DNA of 64,000 bases, taken from NCBI RefSeq assembly GCF_947492455.1, contig NZ_CANLNB010000004.1:460489-524488 (forward strand), in the 5' to 3' direction. Shown here piece by piece: positions 36,854-45,729 of the stretch. Within the stretch, counting starts at the first letter, position 1. Each line of letters starts with the position of its first letter. The position numbers and the translations under genes are program-made. The notes beneath the pieces were generated by a model, which saw only the letters and a program-made list of their open reading frames with translations, had not been told where the DNA came from and made no database searches. This stretch comes from an uncultured Aliiroseovarius sp. (GTDB lineage Bacteria; Pseudomonadota; Alphaproteobacteria; Rhodobacterales; Rhodobacteraceae).

Positions 36854-37360
36854 TCACTGACGGTTGGTGGCGGACAGCGCCCACGCCATCACCGCGTCAT
36901 GCTCGGGTGTGATCTCTTCCGCCTCGCCTACGAAGTCCATGAACGCCTCGCGCACGCCTTCGCTTAGCCCGATGATCGCTGGGATGTCTTGCGCGAGGGC
37001 TTGACCGACAGCCTCGCGAAAGCCGCGCCCCTCTGCCTCTTGCTTGCCGAACTTATTGACGATCAGCAGGTCTGCACCGTCGCGCAGCCGTTCTTCTGTT
37101 TGGCCGACCGCGGTTTCCAAAGCTTCAGGGTTCAGCTTGCAGCCGCGTGCATTGGCGCCAAGATACTGGCTGATGCGGATTTTCGGCCCGTCGGGCAGTA
37201 CCAACACGTCCATATCGCAGTGATGTTCCTCGGCCCGTTCGGTGTCCAGCTGCACAGTGCCGCACAGCTTCAGACCTTTGTCACCCAATGCCTCGGCCAC
37301 GCCTGCCAGCAGAAGGTTCGTCGTGCCCCGACCGGGCGCAATTACATATGCAAGTTTCAT
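36854..37360 (-). CDS. DUF2478-like protein (THEP1-like NTPase fold family)
   Basis: MKLAYVIAPGRGTTNLLLAGVAEAL P-loop-like start and LLIVNKFGKQEAEGRG. AGGGAG SD 6 nt before ATG 37360. Family assignment is from memory. Confidence 0.55.
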   Translation of the reverse strand: MKLAYVIAPGRGTTNLLLAGVAEALGDKGLKLCGTVQLDTERAEEHHCDMDVLVLPDGPKIRISQYLGANARGCKLNPEALETAVGQTEERLRDGADLLIVNKFGKQEAEGRGFREAVGQALAQDIPAIIGLSEGVREAFMDFVGEAEEITPEHDAVMAWALSATNRQ

Positions 37361-37456
37361 CGGCTGCTCCCTTTGGGTCTGACTTGGCAATCCTGAGGGG
37401 GCTTGTCAATTGCGCGGAACGCATGTCTTCATGCGATCAGACAATCGGAGAGCCTC

Positions 37457-38320
37457 ATGAAACCCCAGATCCCCGCGCACGTCGCCCCCGCAGATGCCGA
37501 TGCCCGCAAGGCGGTGAAGCCCGTCATCTGTTACCCGGTCGACAGTCTGCAGGCGCCTGATTTGGAGCTGTACCGAGCCGCGCGTGCGACGGCGCAGAAG
37601 GTGGACGAGGTTCTGGTTCCTGCCCGCGATGCACGCACATTCAGCGTGCCTGCAGGGCAGTTCTTCCGCATCTCCTCGGTCGAGGGACCGCAGGTGGGGG
37701 ATTTGAACCTGTGGAACGCGGATGACCTGAATGAGCGATTTTATTCAGGTAAAACCCGCGCCCTGCATGGCACCCACCTGTCCGTGTCGGATCGGATGTG
37801 GACCAGCTTTCCCGCCATGCGCCCGATGGCGACCATTATCGACGACACGCTGGATTGGTATGGGTTCGATGAGTTTGGCGGTTCCGTCCACGATGTGATC
37901 GGCACGCGCTGTGACCCCTACACGAACAACCTTTTGTCCGGCGGGCAGTATCACCACTGCTGCCATTCCAACCTAACCCGCGCCTTGGCCGACCATCTGG
38001 GCTGTTCGCTGGACGAGGCACAGCCGCATGTCCATGACGTGTTGAACGTCTTTATGTGCACCGGGTTCACTCGCGATACCGGCCAGTATTTCATGAAAGC
38101 CAGCCCGGTGCGCCCCGGCGACTACCTTGAATTCTTTGCAGAAGTTAACCTTCTGGGCGCGCTCAGCGCCTGTCCCGGCGGGGACTGCTCGGACGAGCAT
38201 AGCTCGGACAGTGCGGCCTGTTATCCGCTTCTGGTTGAAGTGTTTGCTCCACAAGACGGCGCGCTGGGGGATTGGCAGTCTCCGCCCGTAAACGGCTATG
38301 ACCAATGCCACGGGCGCTAA
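37457..38320 (+). CDS. DUF1989 (urea-carboxylase-associated) family protein
   Basis: 287 aa. Cys/His-rich core (GTRCDPYTNN, HHCCHSNL, ACPGGDC) as recalled for DUF1989. GGAG SD before ATG 37457. Confidence 0.65.
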   Translation: MKPQIPAHVAPADADARKAVKPVICYPVDSLQAPDLELYRAARATAQKVDEVLVPARDARTFSVPAGQFFRISSVEGPQVGDLNLWNADDLNERFYSGKTRALHGTHLSVSDRMWTSFPAMRPMATIIDDTLDWYGFDEFGGSVHDVIGTRCDPYTNNLLSGGQYHHCCHSNLTRALADHLGCSLDEAQPHVHDVLNVFMCTGFTRDTGQYFMKASPVRPGDYLEFFAEVNLLGALSACPGGDCSDEHSSDSAACYPLLVEVFAPQDGALGDWQSPPVNGYDQCHGR

Positions 38321-38388
38321 GGAAATCCCCAACTTGCATATCGCACCTCAACCCATAGTGTAGAGGTGTATTGTATAAGGAGTGTGCC

Positions 38389-39822
38389 ATGCGATCCCTC
38401 GGCTGGCGTTTCATAATTGTAGGCGTTTTGTGCCTTGTGATGTTCATCCCCCTGATGATGGTGTCGGACATCGTGAACTCCCGGCGTCACTATTCCGAAG
38501 ACACGATCCGGTCGGTCGGGCAGGAATGGGGCGGCGAGCAGACCATTTCCGGCCCGAAAGTCGTGATCCCCGTGAAGGCGCGCGTTACCGTGACCGAGCT
38601 GCACAATGTGATCGACGAAGCGACGGGCCTTGTCATGCGCGACAAGGAAACGGGTGAAAACCTGCAAAAACTGGTCGAGGTTGAGCGGATCGAGACCCGC
38701 GAGCCGCTCCATGTCTATCCGGATGTGTTCGACGTTCAGTTCACGACAGAAACCCAGATGCGCCATCGCGGTATCTTTCAGGTGCCGGTCTATAAGGCGC
38801 AGGCCAACATCGCGACCGAGTTCCCATTTGATCGGGTTGAGGCGCAGTTGGACGAGGACGAGTTCGCCGTCTGGGAGGAAGCAAGCCTGCGTCTTTCGGT
38901 CAGTTCGAACCGTGCGCTTCGTGGCGAAGCGCGGCTGACCTCGGGCGGGGAAGAAATATTGATGGAACCGTTGGGCGAGGCGGCTGGCCTGATCGCCTTC
39001 CTTCCGGGCGGTAAAGCGCAAAAGACGTTTGATCTTGTGCTTGGGCTGAATGGAGCCGCCCAGCTGCGCGTGGCCCCAGTGGGGCGGATCTCGACGGTCG
39101 AGATGAACAGCGACTGGCCCGACCCCAGCTTTGGTGGGGCATTCCTGCCCGATGGGTCCGAGATTTCCGAAACCGGTTTCCAAGCAAAGTGGACCATCCC
39201 GCATCTGGCGCGCAGCCTACCGCAGATCTCGCGACAGGACTACGAGCAAACCGCGCGCAGAAGCACCGCATTCGGCGTCAGCTTCTATCAACCCAATGAT
39301 TTCTATCAAAAAGCCTGGCGCGCGGCGCGCTATGGAATTCTGTTCGTGTCGCTGACTTTCCTGACGGTGCTGCTGATGGATATGCAAAGCAGAAAGCCGG
39401 TGCACCCGGTGCAATACCTGCTGATCGGCTTGTCTCAGGCGGTGTTCACCCTGCTGATGTTGGCCTATGCCGAGCAAGTGGGCTTTACCCCGGCCTATGT
39501 CGGATCGGCAGCGGCTTTGATCCTATTGCTCTTAATGTTCGGAAAGTTCGCCCTGAAGCTTGGATCCCGCACATGGGTCTTGGGTGGGATGCTGGTGCTG
39601 CTCTATGCAGTGCTCTACCTGATCCTCTATTCCACCGACTACGCGCTTCTGGCCGGGGCCACGCTGGCCTTCGTGGCGATCGGCGCGACCATGTACGCCA
39701 CACGGAACGAGGAATGGTACGGCGAGGAAGGGCCGGGGCCGGGGCTGTTTGCCCGGCGCGCGGCCAAGAAGGCGGAAAAGCAGGTGGCCCCGCCGCCCGC
39801 CGAACCCAAGCGGGAGAGCTAA
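38389..39822 (+). CDS. creD: Inner-membrane protein CreD
   Basis: One N-terminal TM segment, a large periplasmic region, then about 5 C-terminal TM segments. The HPVQYLLIGLSQAVFTLLMLAYAEQVGF region is typical of CreD. AAGGAG SD. Confidence 0.78.
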   Translation: MRSLGWRFIIVGVLCLVMFIPLMMVSDIVNSRRHYSEDTIRSVGQEWGGEQTISGPKVVIPVKARVTVTELHNVIDEATGLVMRDKETGENLQKLVEVERIETREPLHVYPDVFDVQFTTETQMRHRGIFQVPVYKAQANIATEFPFDRVEAQLDEDEFAVWEEASLRLSVSSNRALRGEARLTSGGEEILMEPLGEAAGLIAFLPGGKAQKTFDLVLGLNGAAQLRVAPVGRISTVEMNSDWPDPSFGGAFLPDGSEISETGFQAKWTIPHLARSLPQISRQDYEQTARRSTAFGVSFYQPNDFYQKAWRAARYGILFVSLTFLTVLLMDMQSRKPVHPVQYLLIGLSQAVFTLLMLAYAEQVGFTPAYVGSAAALILLLLMFGKFALKLGSRTWVLGGMLVLLYAVLYLILYSTDYALLAGATLAFVAIGATMYATRNEEWYGEEGPGPGLFARRAAKKAEKQVAPPPAEPKRES

Positions 39823-39829
39823 AACGACA

Positions 39830-39860
39830 AGAGGCGCCGCGAGGCGCCTCTTTTCTTTTG
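39830..39860 (+). terminator. Rho-independent terminator (creD; possibly bidirectional with deoD)
   Basis: AGAGGCGCC-GCGA-GGCGCCTCT followed by TTTCTTTTG. Confidence 0.8.
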
Positions 39861-39873
39861 GGGTAGGGGTGGA

Positions 39874-40578
39874 TCAGGCGAAGGCCGCTTCAAGCGCGAT
39901 TTCGACCATGTCGCCAAAGGTCTTTTCGCGTTGGTCCGAGGGCAGCGCCTCGCCGGTTTGCAGGTGGTCGGATACGGTCATGATCCCCAGCGCCCGCACG
40001 CCATAGCGGTTGGCCAGCATGTAAAGCTCGGCAGCTTCCATCTCGACCCCCAGAATACCGTGGCGGGTCATCTCTTTGTTCAGGTCAGGGCGTTCGTCAT
40101 AGAACGTGTCGGACGAATAGATCCCGCCCACATGCACGCCCACATCACGTCCGCGTGCAGCGGCAACGGCAGCTTCAAGCAGGCCGTAATCCGCGCAGGG
40201 CGAATAGTTCAGTTCGCGAAAAATGGTATTCGACGGCGTGCCCACGGTGGTGCAGGTCATCGCAATCACCACGTCGCGGACTTTCACATGCGGCTGCATG
40301 CCCCCGCAGGACCCGATGCGGATCAACGTTTTCGCGCCGTAATCCCGGATCAGCTCGTTCGCGTAGATCGAGATCGAGGGCATACCCATGCCCGATCCCT
40401 GAATGGTCACGCGGTTGCCTTTGTAGGTGCCGGTAAAGCCCAGCATCCCGCGCACTTCGTTGACCAGCTTGGCCCCTTCAAGGAAGGTCTCGGCGGCCCA
40501 GCGGGCGCGATAGGGATCGCCCGGCATCAGAACGGTTTCAGCGATTTGGCCCGGTTCGGCCCCGATATGGACGGTCAT
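39874..40578 (-). CDS. deoD: Purine-nucleoside phosphorylase, DeoD (hexameric) type
   Basis: [25 protein letters not shown]..., GMGMPS, VEMEAA motifs. Confidence 0.92.
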   Translation of the reverse strand: MTVHIGAEPGQIAETVLMPGDPYRARWAAETFLEGAKLVNEVRGMLGFTGTYKGNRVTIQGSGMGMPSISIYANELIRDYGAKTLIRIGSCGGMQPHVKVRDVVIAMTCTTVGTPSNTIFRELNYSPCADYGLLEAAVAAARGRDVGVHVGGIYSSDTFYDERPDLNKEMTRHGILGVEMEAAELYMLANRYGVRALGIMTVSDHLQTGEALPSDQREKTFGDMVEIALEAAFA

Positions 40579-40624
40579 GGTCGGCTCCTATAATCAGTAA
40601 GGGTCGCAGGCAAAGGAGTACCCC

Positions 40625-41149
40625 GTGCGCTGGATCGTATTACCATTCTTTATCGTGCCAAGTCTGACCCATGCGCAAGAGGCAGCCGAGTTGACGCTGG
40701 TGAAAGAGGTCTTCGCCGAGCTTCAGCCAAGGTCCATCCGCTGGAACCGCGAGTATTGCGGATATATCGGCTATGACGCCGACGGCACCCTTGCGGCGTC
40801 ACGCCCAACGCCGGGAAAGCGCGATGCCTGTCTGCCCGAGGATCCTGAAAATCTTGAGGTCATCTTGGCCTCGTATCACACCCACGGCGCGTTCTCGACC
40901 GACTACGCGAACGAGGTGCCGTCGGGCGAGGATATGGAAGGCGACGAGGACGAGGGGATCGATGGCTGGGTCGCCACGCCGGGCGGGCGGCTTTGGTATA
41001 TCGACACGGAAGACATGGTGACCACGCAGATTTGCGGGATCGGATGCCTGCCGATGGACGAAGATTTTCTACCCGGCGACATGGGGCATATCGCTCAAAG
41101 CTATAGCTATGAGGCGTTGGTCAAGAAGCTGGAAGATGGGGGCGTCTGA
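40625..41149 (+). CDS. Secreted hypothetical protein (DUF4329-like core)
   Basis: GTG start with AAGGAG SD 6 nt upstream. Signal peptide MRWIVLPFFIVPSLTHAQ. The NREYCGYIGYDADG...YHTHG...FS..D pattern resembles DUF4329 (assignment from memory). Confidence 0.5.
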   Translation: MRWIVLPFFIVPSLTHAQEAAELTLVKEVFAELQPRSIRWNREYCGYIGYDADGTLAASRPTPGKRDACLPEDPENLEVILASYHTHGAFSTDYANEVPSGEDMEGDEDEGIDGWVATPGGRLWYIDTEDMVTTQICGIGCLPMDEDFLPGDMGHIAQSYSYEALVKKLEDGGV

Positions 41150-41191
41150 GGACACTCAGCGCGCGCACCGGATCAGACATGACGCCCAAGC

Positions 41192-41824
41192 CTAGTTGCG
41201 CTGGGGCTTGCCTGCCGGGTCTTTCGCATCCCCAAACCAGATCGACCAGAACGTCCGGTACTGTCCCTGCACCTTGGCGCGGCCAAAGCCAATCCCGACC
41301 GAGCGCCACGTCTTTCGCCGCCACATGCCTTCGTTCAGGATGACCTTGCGGTGATTGGGCGAATTCAGGAAGCCCCGGATCACAACCTCGGGGTCGCTAT
41401 AGCCCCACGCGGTGATTTCGTAGCCGTTCTTGCGGTAGCGTGTGCGCAGGCGTTTGGGCGCATCCCACATGGCTTTCGGGGCGCGGTGATTGGAATAGTA
41501 GGGTCTGTCGCTCCAACTGTGCGTGTTCGTGCCCGGGATGGGGCCGCCGCGCGGTGCGATGTTTCGGGTGAAATCTTCGACATGACGACCGGCGACCAGG
41601 GTCAGGCTGGACGACAGCGGGATTGTCGATAATCCGTGCCTTTTGCGCTCGCGCATCAGAATGTCATAGGCCTGCTTTTCAATGTCACTCAGGTGATCAT
41701 TCGGAGTCGGCTTATAATAATTGAATGACCCGGCTTTCGAGCTAACCAAGATCGGGTCACCCGCCAGCGCGGGTGACTGAAGGGCGAACAGGCCCAGTGC
41801 TGCTGACAGAAGAAGCTGTTTCAT
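41192..41824 (-). CDS. Secreted CAP/SCP/PR1-like domain protein
   Basis: Signal peptide MKQLLLSAALGLFALQSPALA and a C-terminal CAP-type motif GFLNSPNHRKVILN...VGIGF. Confidence 0.68.
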   Translation of the reverse strand: MKQLLLSAALGLFALQSPALAGDPILVSSKAGSFNYYKPTPNDHLSDIEKQAYDILMRERKRHGLSTIPLSSSLTLVAGRHVEDFTRNIAPRGGPIPGTNTHSWSDRPYYSNHRAPKAMWDAPKRLRTRYRKNGYEITAWGYSDPEVVIRGFLNSPNHRKVILNEGMWRRKTWRSVGIGFGRAKVQGQYRTFWSIWFGDAKDPAGKPQRN

Positions 41825-41952
41825 ATGGACACTCGCCTTTGGTTGCACACGACGCACTACTTTCACGAGATTTACCCGCGAAATGAGGCCGAATTCTGCA
41901 CCGAATGGTGCAAAATCGCGTCAATTGTTTCCAATGCGAGTGAACGCGCGTC

Positions 41953-43917
41953 TTACTCTGCAGCGATGTCTTTGGGGGCCACCAGCGTCACGATGTCTTC
42001 CATGATCGTGTTCAGCTCGAAGTCCTTCGGCGTATAGACCTTGGCAACACCCATGGCGCGCAGACGCTCGGCGTCTTCGTCCGGGATGATGCCGCCAGCG
42101 ACCACGGGAACGTGACCCAGACCAGCGTCTTTCATGCGCTCCATCAGCTCTTCCAGAAGCGGGATGTGGCTGCCCGACAGGATCGACAAGCCGACCACGT
42201 GCGCCTTGGTTTCCTGTGCCGATGCCACCAACTCTTCCGGGGTCAGGCGGATGCCTTCATAGGTGATGTCCATGCCACAATCGCGCGCGCGGGCGGCGAT
42301 CTGTTCGGCACCGTTCGAGTGTCCGTCCAGCCCCGGCTTGCCGACCAGGAAGGTCAGGCGGCGGCCCAAGGCGTCCGACACGGCGTCGACGCGCGAACGG
42401 ATCTCGTCCAGCCCTTCGGTGCGGTTCGAGGGGTTCTTCGACACGCCGGTCGGTGCGCGATACTGGCCAAAGGTCTGGCGCATCACTTCGCCCCATTCGC
42501 CGGTGGTCACGCCCGCTTTGGCAGCGGCGATCGACGAGGGCATGATGTTCTCGCCCGACTTGGCGGCGGCGCGCAGGTTGTTCAGAGCCTCTTGAACGGC
42601 GGCGTCGTCGCGGTCCGCACGCCACTGTTCCAGACGCGCGATCTGATCGGCTTCGGCCTCTTTGTCGGCCACCATGATGGCGCCGTCACCTGCGGTCAGC
42701 GGGCTTTCGGCGGCCTCGGTCCATTTGTTCACACCGACCACAGTGGTGTCGCCAACTTCGATCTTGCCGATGCGGGCGGCGTTGGATTCCACCAGACGCG
42801 ACTTCATGTATTCAATGGCCGCAACCGCGCCGCCCATGCCGTCGATCTGGGCAAGCTCGGCGCGTGCGCCGTCTTTCAGCTCGGCCACTTTGCGTTCCAC
42901 GGCGGGGTTTTCGTCAAAGAGGTCGTCGAACTCCAACAGGTCGGTCTCGTAGGCCAGAATCTGTTGCATGCGCAGCGACCACTGCTGGTCCCACGGACGC
43001 GGCAGGCCAAGCGCTTCGTTCCACGCGGGCAGCTGTACTGCACGGGCGCGGGCGTTTTTCGACAGCGTCACCGCCAGCATCTCGATCAGGATGCGGTAGA
43101 CGTTGTTTTCCGGCTGCTGCTCGGTCAGACCAAGCGAGTTCACCTGAACGCCATAACGGAAGCGGCGGAATTTCGGGTCTTCCACGCCGTAACGCTCGCG
43201 GGTGATTTCGTCCCACAGCTCGACAAAGGCACGCATTTTGCACATTTCGGTTACAAAACGGATGCCGGCGTTCACAAAGAACGAGATACGGCCAACCATG
43301 GCCGGGAACGCCTCGGCGGGCACTTTTTCTTTCAGGTCATCCAGAACGGCAATGGCTGTGGCCAGTGCGAACGCCAGCTCCTCCTCTGGCGTCGCACCGG
43401 CTTCCTGCAGGTGATAGGAACACACGTTCATCGGGTTCCATTTCGGCAGGTGTTCGCGCGTATAGGCAGCAACGTCGGTGATCATGCGCAGCGACGGCTT
43501 CGGCGGACATACATATGTGCCGCGCGACAGATACTCTTTGATGATGTCGTTCTGAACGGTGCCCTGCAGCTTCGAGATATCCGCGCCCTGTTCCTCGGCG
43601 GCCGCAATATAAAGCGACAGCAGCCAAGGGGCCGTAGCGTTGATCGTCATCGAGGTGTTCATCTGCTCAAGCGGGATGTCGTTGAACAGTGTGCGCATAT
43701 CGCCCAGATGGCTGAGCGGCACGCCCACCTTGCCCACTTCGCCGCGCGACAGTTTGTGGTCGCTGTCATAGCCCGTCTGGGTCGGCAGATCGAACGCGAC
43801 CGACAGACCGGTCTGACCTTTGGCCAGATTGGTGCGGTACAGTTCGTTCGAGGCCTTTGCGGTCGAGTGACCGGCATAGGTGCGGAAAAGCCAGGGGCGG
43901 ATGGTATTCGAGGACAT
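41953..43917 (-). CDS. ecm: Ethylmalonyl-CoA mutase (MeaA; B12-dependent acyl-CoA mutase family)
   Basis: 654 aa single-chain mutase with a C-terminal B12-binding domain (LDGHSNG). The N-terminus RPWLFRTYAGHSTA is typical of MeaA. The ccr neighbourhood supports Ecm rather than Mcm. Confidence 0.85.
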   Translation of the reverse strand: MSSNTIRPWLFRTYAGHSTAKASNELYRTNLAKGQTGLSVAFDLPTQTGYDSDHKLSRGEVGKVGVPLSHLGDMRTLFNDIPLEQMNTSMTINATAPWLLSLYIAAAEEQGADISKLQGTVQNDIIKEYLSRGTYVCPPKPSLRMITDVAAYTREHLPKWNPMNVCSYHLQEAGATPEEELAFALATAIAVLDDLKEKVPAEAFPAMVGRISFFVNAGIRFVTEMCKMRAFVELWDEITRERYGVEDPKFRRFRYGVQVNSLGLTEQQPENNVYRILIEMLAVTLSKNARARAVQLPAWNEALGLPRPWDQQWSLRMQQILAYETDLLEFDDLFDENPAVERKVAELKDGARAELAQIDGMGGAVAAIEYMKSRLVESNAARIGKIEVGDTTVVGVNKWTEAAESPLTAGDGAIMVADKEAEADQIARLEQWRADRDDAAVQEALNNLRAAAKSGENIMPSSIAAAKAGVTTGEWGEVMRQTFGQYRAPTGVSKNPSNRTEGLDEIRSRVDAVSDALGRRLTFLVGKPGLDGHSNGAEQIAARARDCGMDITYEGIRLTPEELVASAQETKAHVVGLSILSGSHIPLLEELMERMKDAGLGHVPVVAGGIIPDEDAERLRAMGVAKVYTPKDFELNTIMEDIVTLVAPKDIAAE

Positions 43918-44113
43918 GGCAGAGACTCACCTTATGTTGCGCTGCAGCATTTTTAGTTGCGCAAGAAAATTACGCAAGGGGTAAAATGAAGGGAATAAAG
44001 TTACGTGGGGTGGCGCGCGCCGGGCGGCGCCATCGTCAGTTGTAGTGTGGATGCCCGTTTGATCGGTATCGCTCCTTCTTTACCTTTCCGAAAAATGGTG
44101 AGAAGGCTTGAGC

Positions 44114-45556
44114 ATGACGCGCGTTGTGGAACTTCCTCTGTGGTTGCTTGTGTTGATCCTGGCCTTTGCCACGGTGACCTTCGCGTCGCATTTCCTATTC
44201 CCGTCCGTCCGTTGGTTTTTTCGAAAACGGCTGGAACGCGCAGTTGCCAAGCTGAACGAACGGTTGGAGCGCCCGATCGAGCCGTTCAAACTGGCGCGGC
44301 GCTATGACATGGTGCAGCGCCTGTCCTACGATCCGGAAGTAGCCAAAGCGATTGTCGACCATGCGCGCAAGGCGGGCATCCCGGAACAGGTGGCCTTTGA
44401 AAAAGCCCAGCGTTACGCCCGCGAGATTGTGCCGCGGTTTTCGGCCACCGCTTATTTCGGCTTTGGGATTCGGTTGGCAAAACTTCTGTCGCGCGCCTTC
44501 TATCGTGTGCGCCTTGGGGCCTTTGACGAGGCGCGGCTGGGCGAGATCGACCCCGACGCCACTGTGATCTTCGTGATGAACCACCGCTCCAACATGGACT
44601 ATGTGTTGGTCACCTGGTTGGCCGCCGAACGCTCGCACCTGTCTTATGCGGTTGGGGAATGGGCACGGGTCTGGCCCTTGCGTATGCTGATCCGATCGAT
44701 GGGGGCGTATTTCATCCGCCGCAAAAGCCGCAACAACCTCTATCGCAAAGTACTGTCGCGCTACGTGCGCATGGCGACGGACGGGGGCGTGACGCAAGCT
44801 ATGTTCCCGGAAGGCGGGCTAAGCCTGAATGGCGAGGTCGGCGCACCTAAGCTGGGGCTGCTTAGCTATATTGTGCAGGACTTCGTACCGGGCGAAAGCC
44901 GCAACGTAGTCTTCATCCCGGTGGCGATGAACTATGACCGGGTGCTGGAAGACCGCGTGCTGGTGTCTGCGGATATCAAGGGTACCCGACGTTTTGGGCT
45001 GCGGTTCAAATATGTGGCGCGCCATGTGGGGCGGCATCTGTGGCAGCGGATCACGGGGCGGTTTTTCCGCTTTGGCTATGCGTCGGTGTCCTTTGGTGAG
45101 CCGGTGTCGCTGGTCGATTTTCTGGACGGGAACCCGCCGGAAGACATGTTGGAACCGCTGGGCAACACGCTGATGGCGCGGATCCGTGACGTGGTGCCTG
45201 TGCTTCCGGTGCCCGTGGTTTCGGCCATATTGCTGGAAGGTGAGGGTCAGACCCGCGCCGAGATCGTGGCGCGCTTCGATACGCTGGTTTCGACGATGGA
45301 GACTGACGGCGCGCATGTTCACATCCCGCGCGGCGACATGTCCTATGCCGCAGAAGTAGGGTTGCGAGAGCTGTTACTGCGCAAGATCATTGTCGAAGAG
45401 GGCAAGGGCGACGCGGCCAAATTCCACGTTCATCGCCCCGACCGGCTGATCTTGGCGTACTATGCGAACTCAATCGCGCATCTCAGCCCGGAATTGGCGC
45501 CCATCCATATCTCGGACCTGACCCCAGCCGAGGTCGCAGACGCCTCTGTGCTATAA
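44114..45556 (+). CDS. Glycerolipid acyltransferase (PlsB/PlsC-like, HX4D)
   Basis: N-terminal TM segment, catalytic NHRSNMDY (HX4D), FPEGG motif. ATG 44114 preferred over TTG 44108. Confidence 0.78.
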   Translation: MTRVVELPLWLLVLILAFATVTFASHFLFPSVRWFFRKRLERAVAKLNERLERPIEPFKLARRYDMVQRLSYDPEVAKAIVDHARKAGIPEQVAFEKAQRYAREIVPRFSATAYFGFGIRLAKLLSRAFYRVRLGAFDEARLGEIDPDATVIFVMNHRSNMDYVLVTWLAAERSHLSYAVGEWARVWPLRMLIRSMGAYFIRRKSRNNLYRKVLSRYVRMATDGGVTQAMFPEGGLSLNGEVGAPKLGLLSYIVQDFVPGESRNVVFIPVAMNYDRVLEDRVLVSADIKGTRRFGLRFKYVARHVGRHLWQRITGRFFRFGYASVSFGEPVSLVDFLDGNPPEDMLEPLGNTLMARIRDVVPVLPVPVVSAILLEGEGQTRAEIVARFDTLVSTMETDGAHVHIPRGDMSYAAEVGLRELLLRKIIVEEGKGDAAKFHVHRPDRLILAYYANSIAHLSPELAPIHISDLTPAEVADASVL

Positions 45557-45640
45557 TGCGTGCGGGTCGCGTTGCTTGACGTTAGGGTCAAATTGGGCGC
45601 GACATAAAATTACAAAAAATTGCCAATTGGTGTTGCAATC

Positions 45641-45658
45641 TTACTTTTAGAAAAGTAA
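45641..45658. promoter_or_regulatory. AT-rich palindrome in the ccr promoter region
   Basis: TTACTTTT-AG-AAAAGTAA with perfect 8-bp arms, about 72 nt upstream of the ccr ATG. Confidence 0.35.
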
Positions 45659-45729
45659 TGCTGCACTAGCAGCCGCAATTCTGCACTGCGGCAATAGAAT
45701 CAGAGAACACGCGAAAACAGGAGGCCGCC

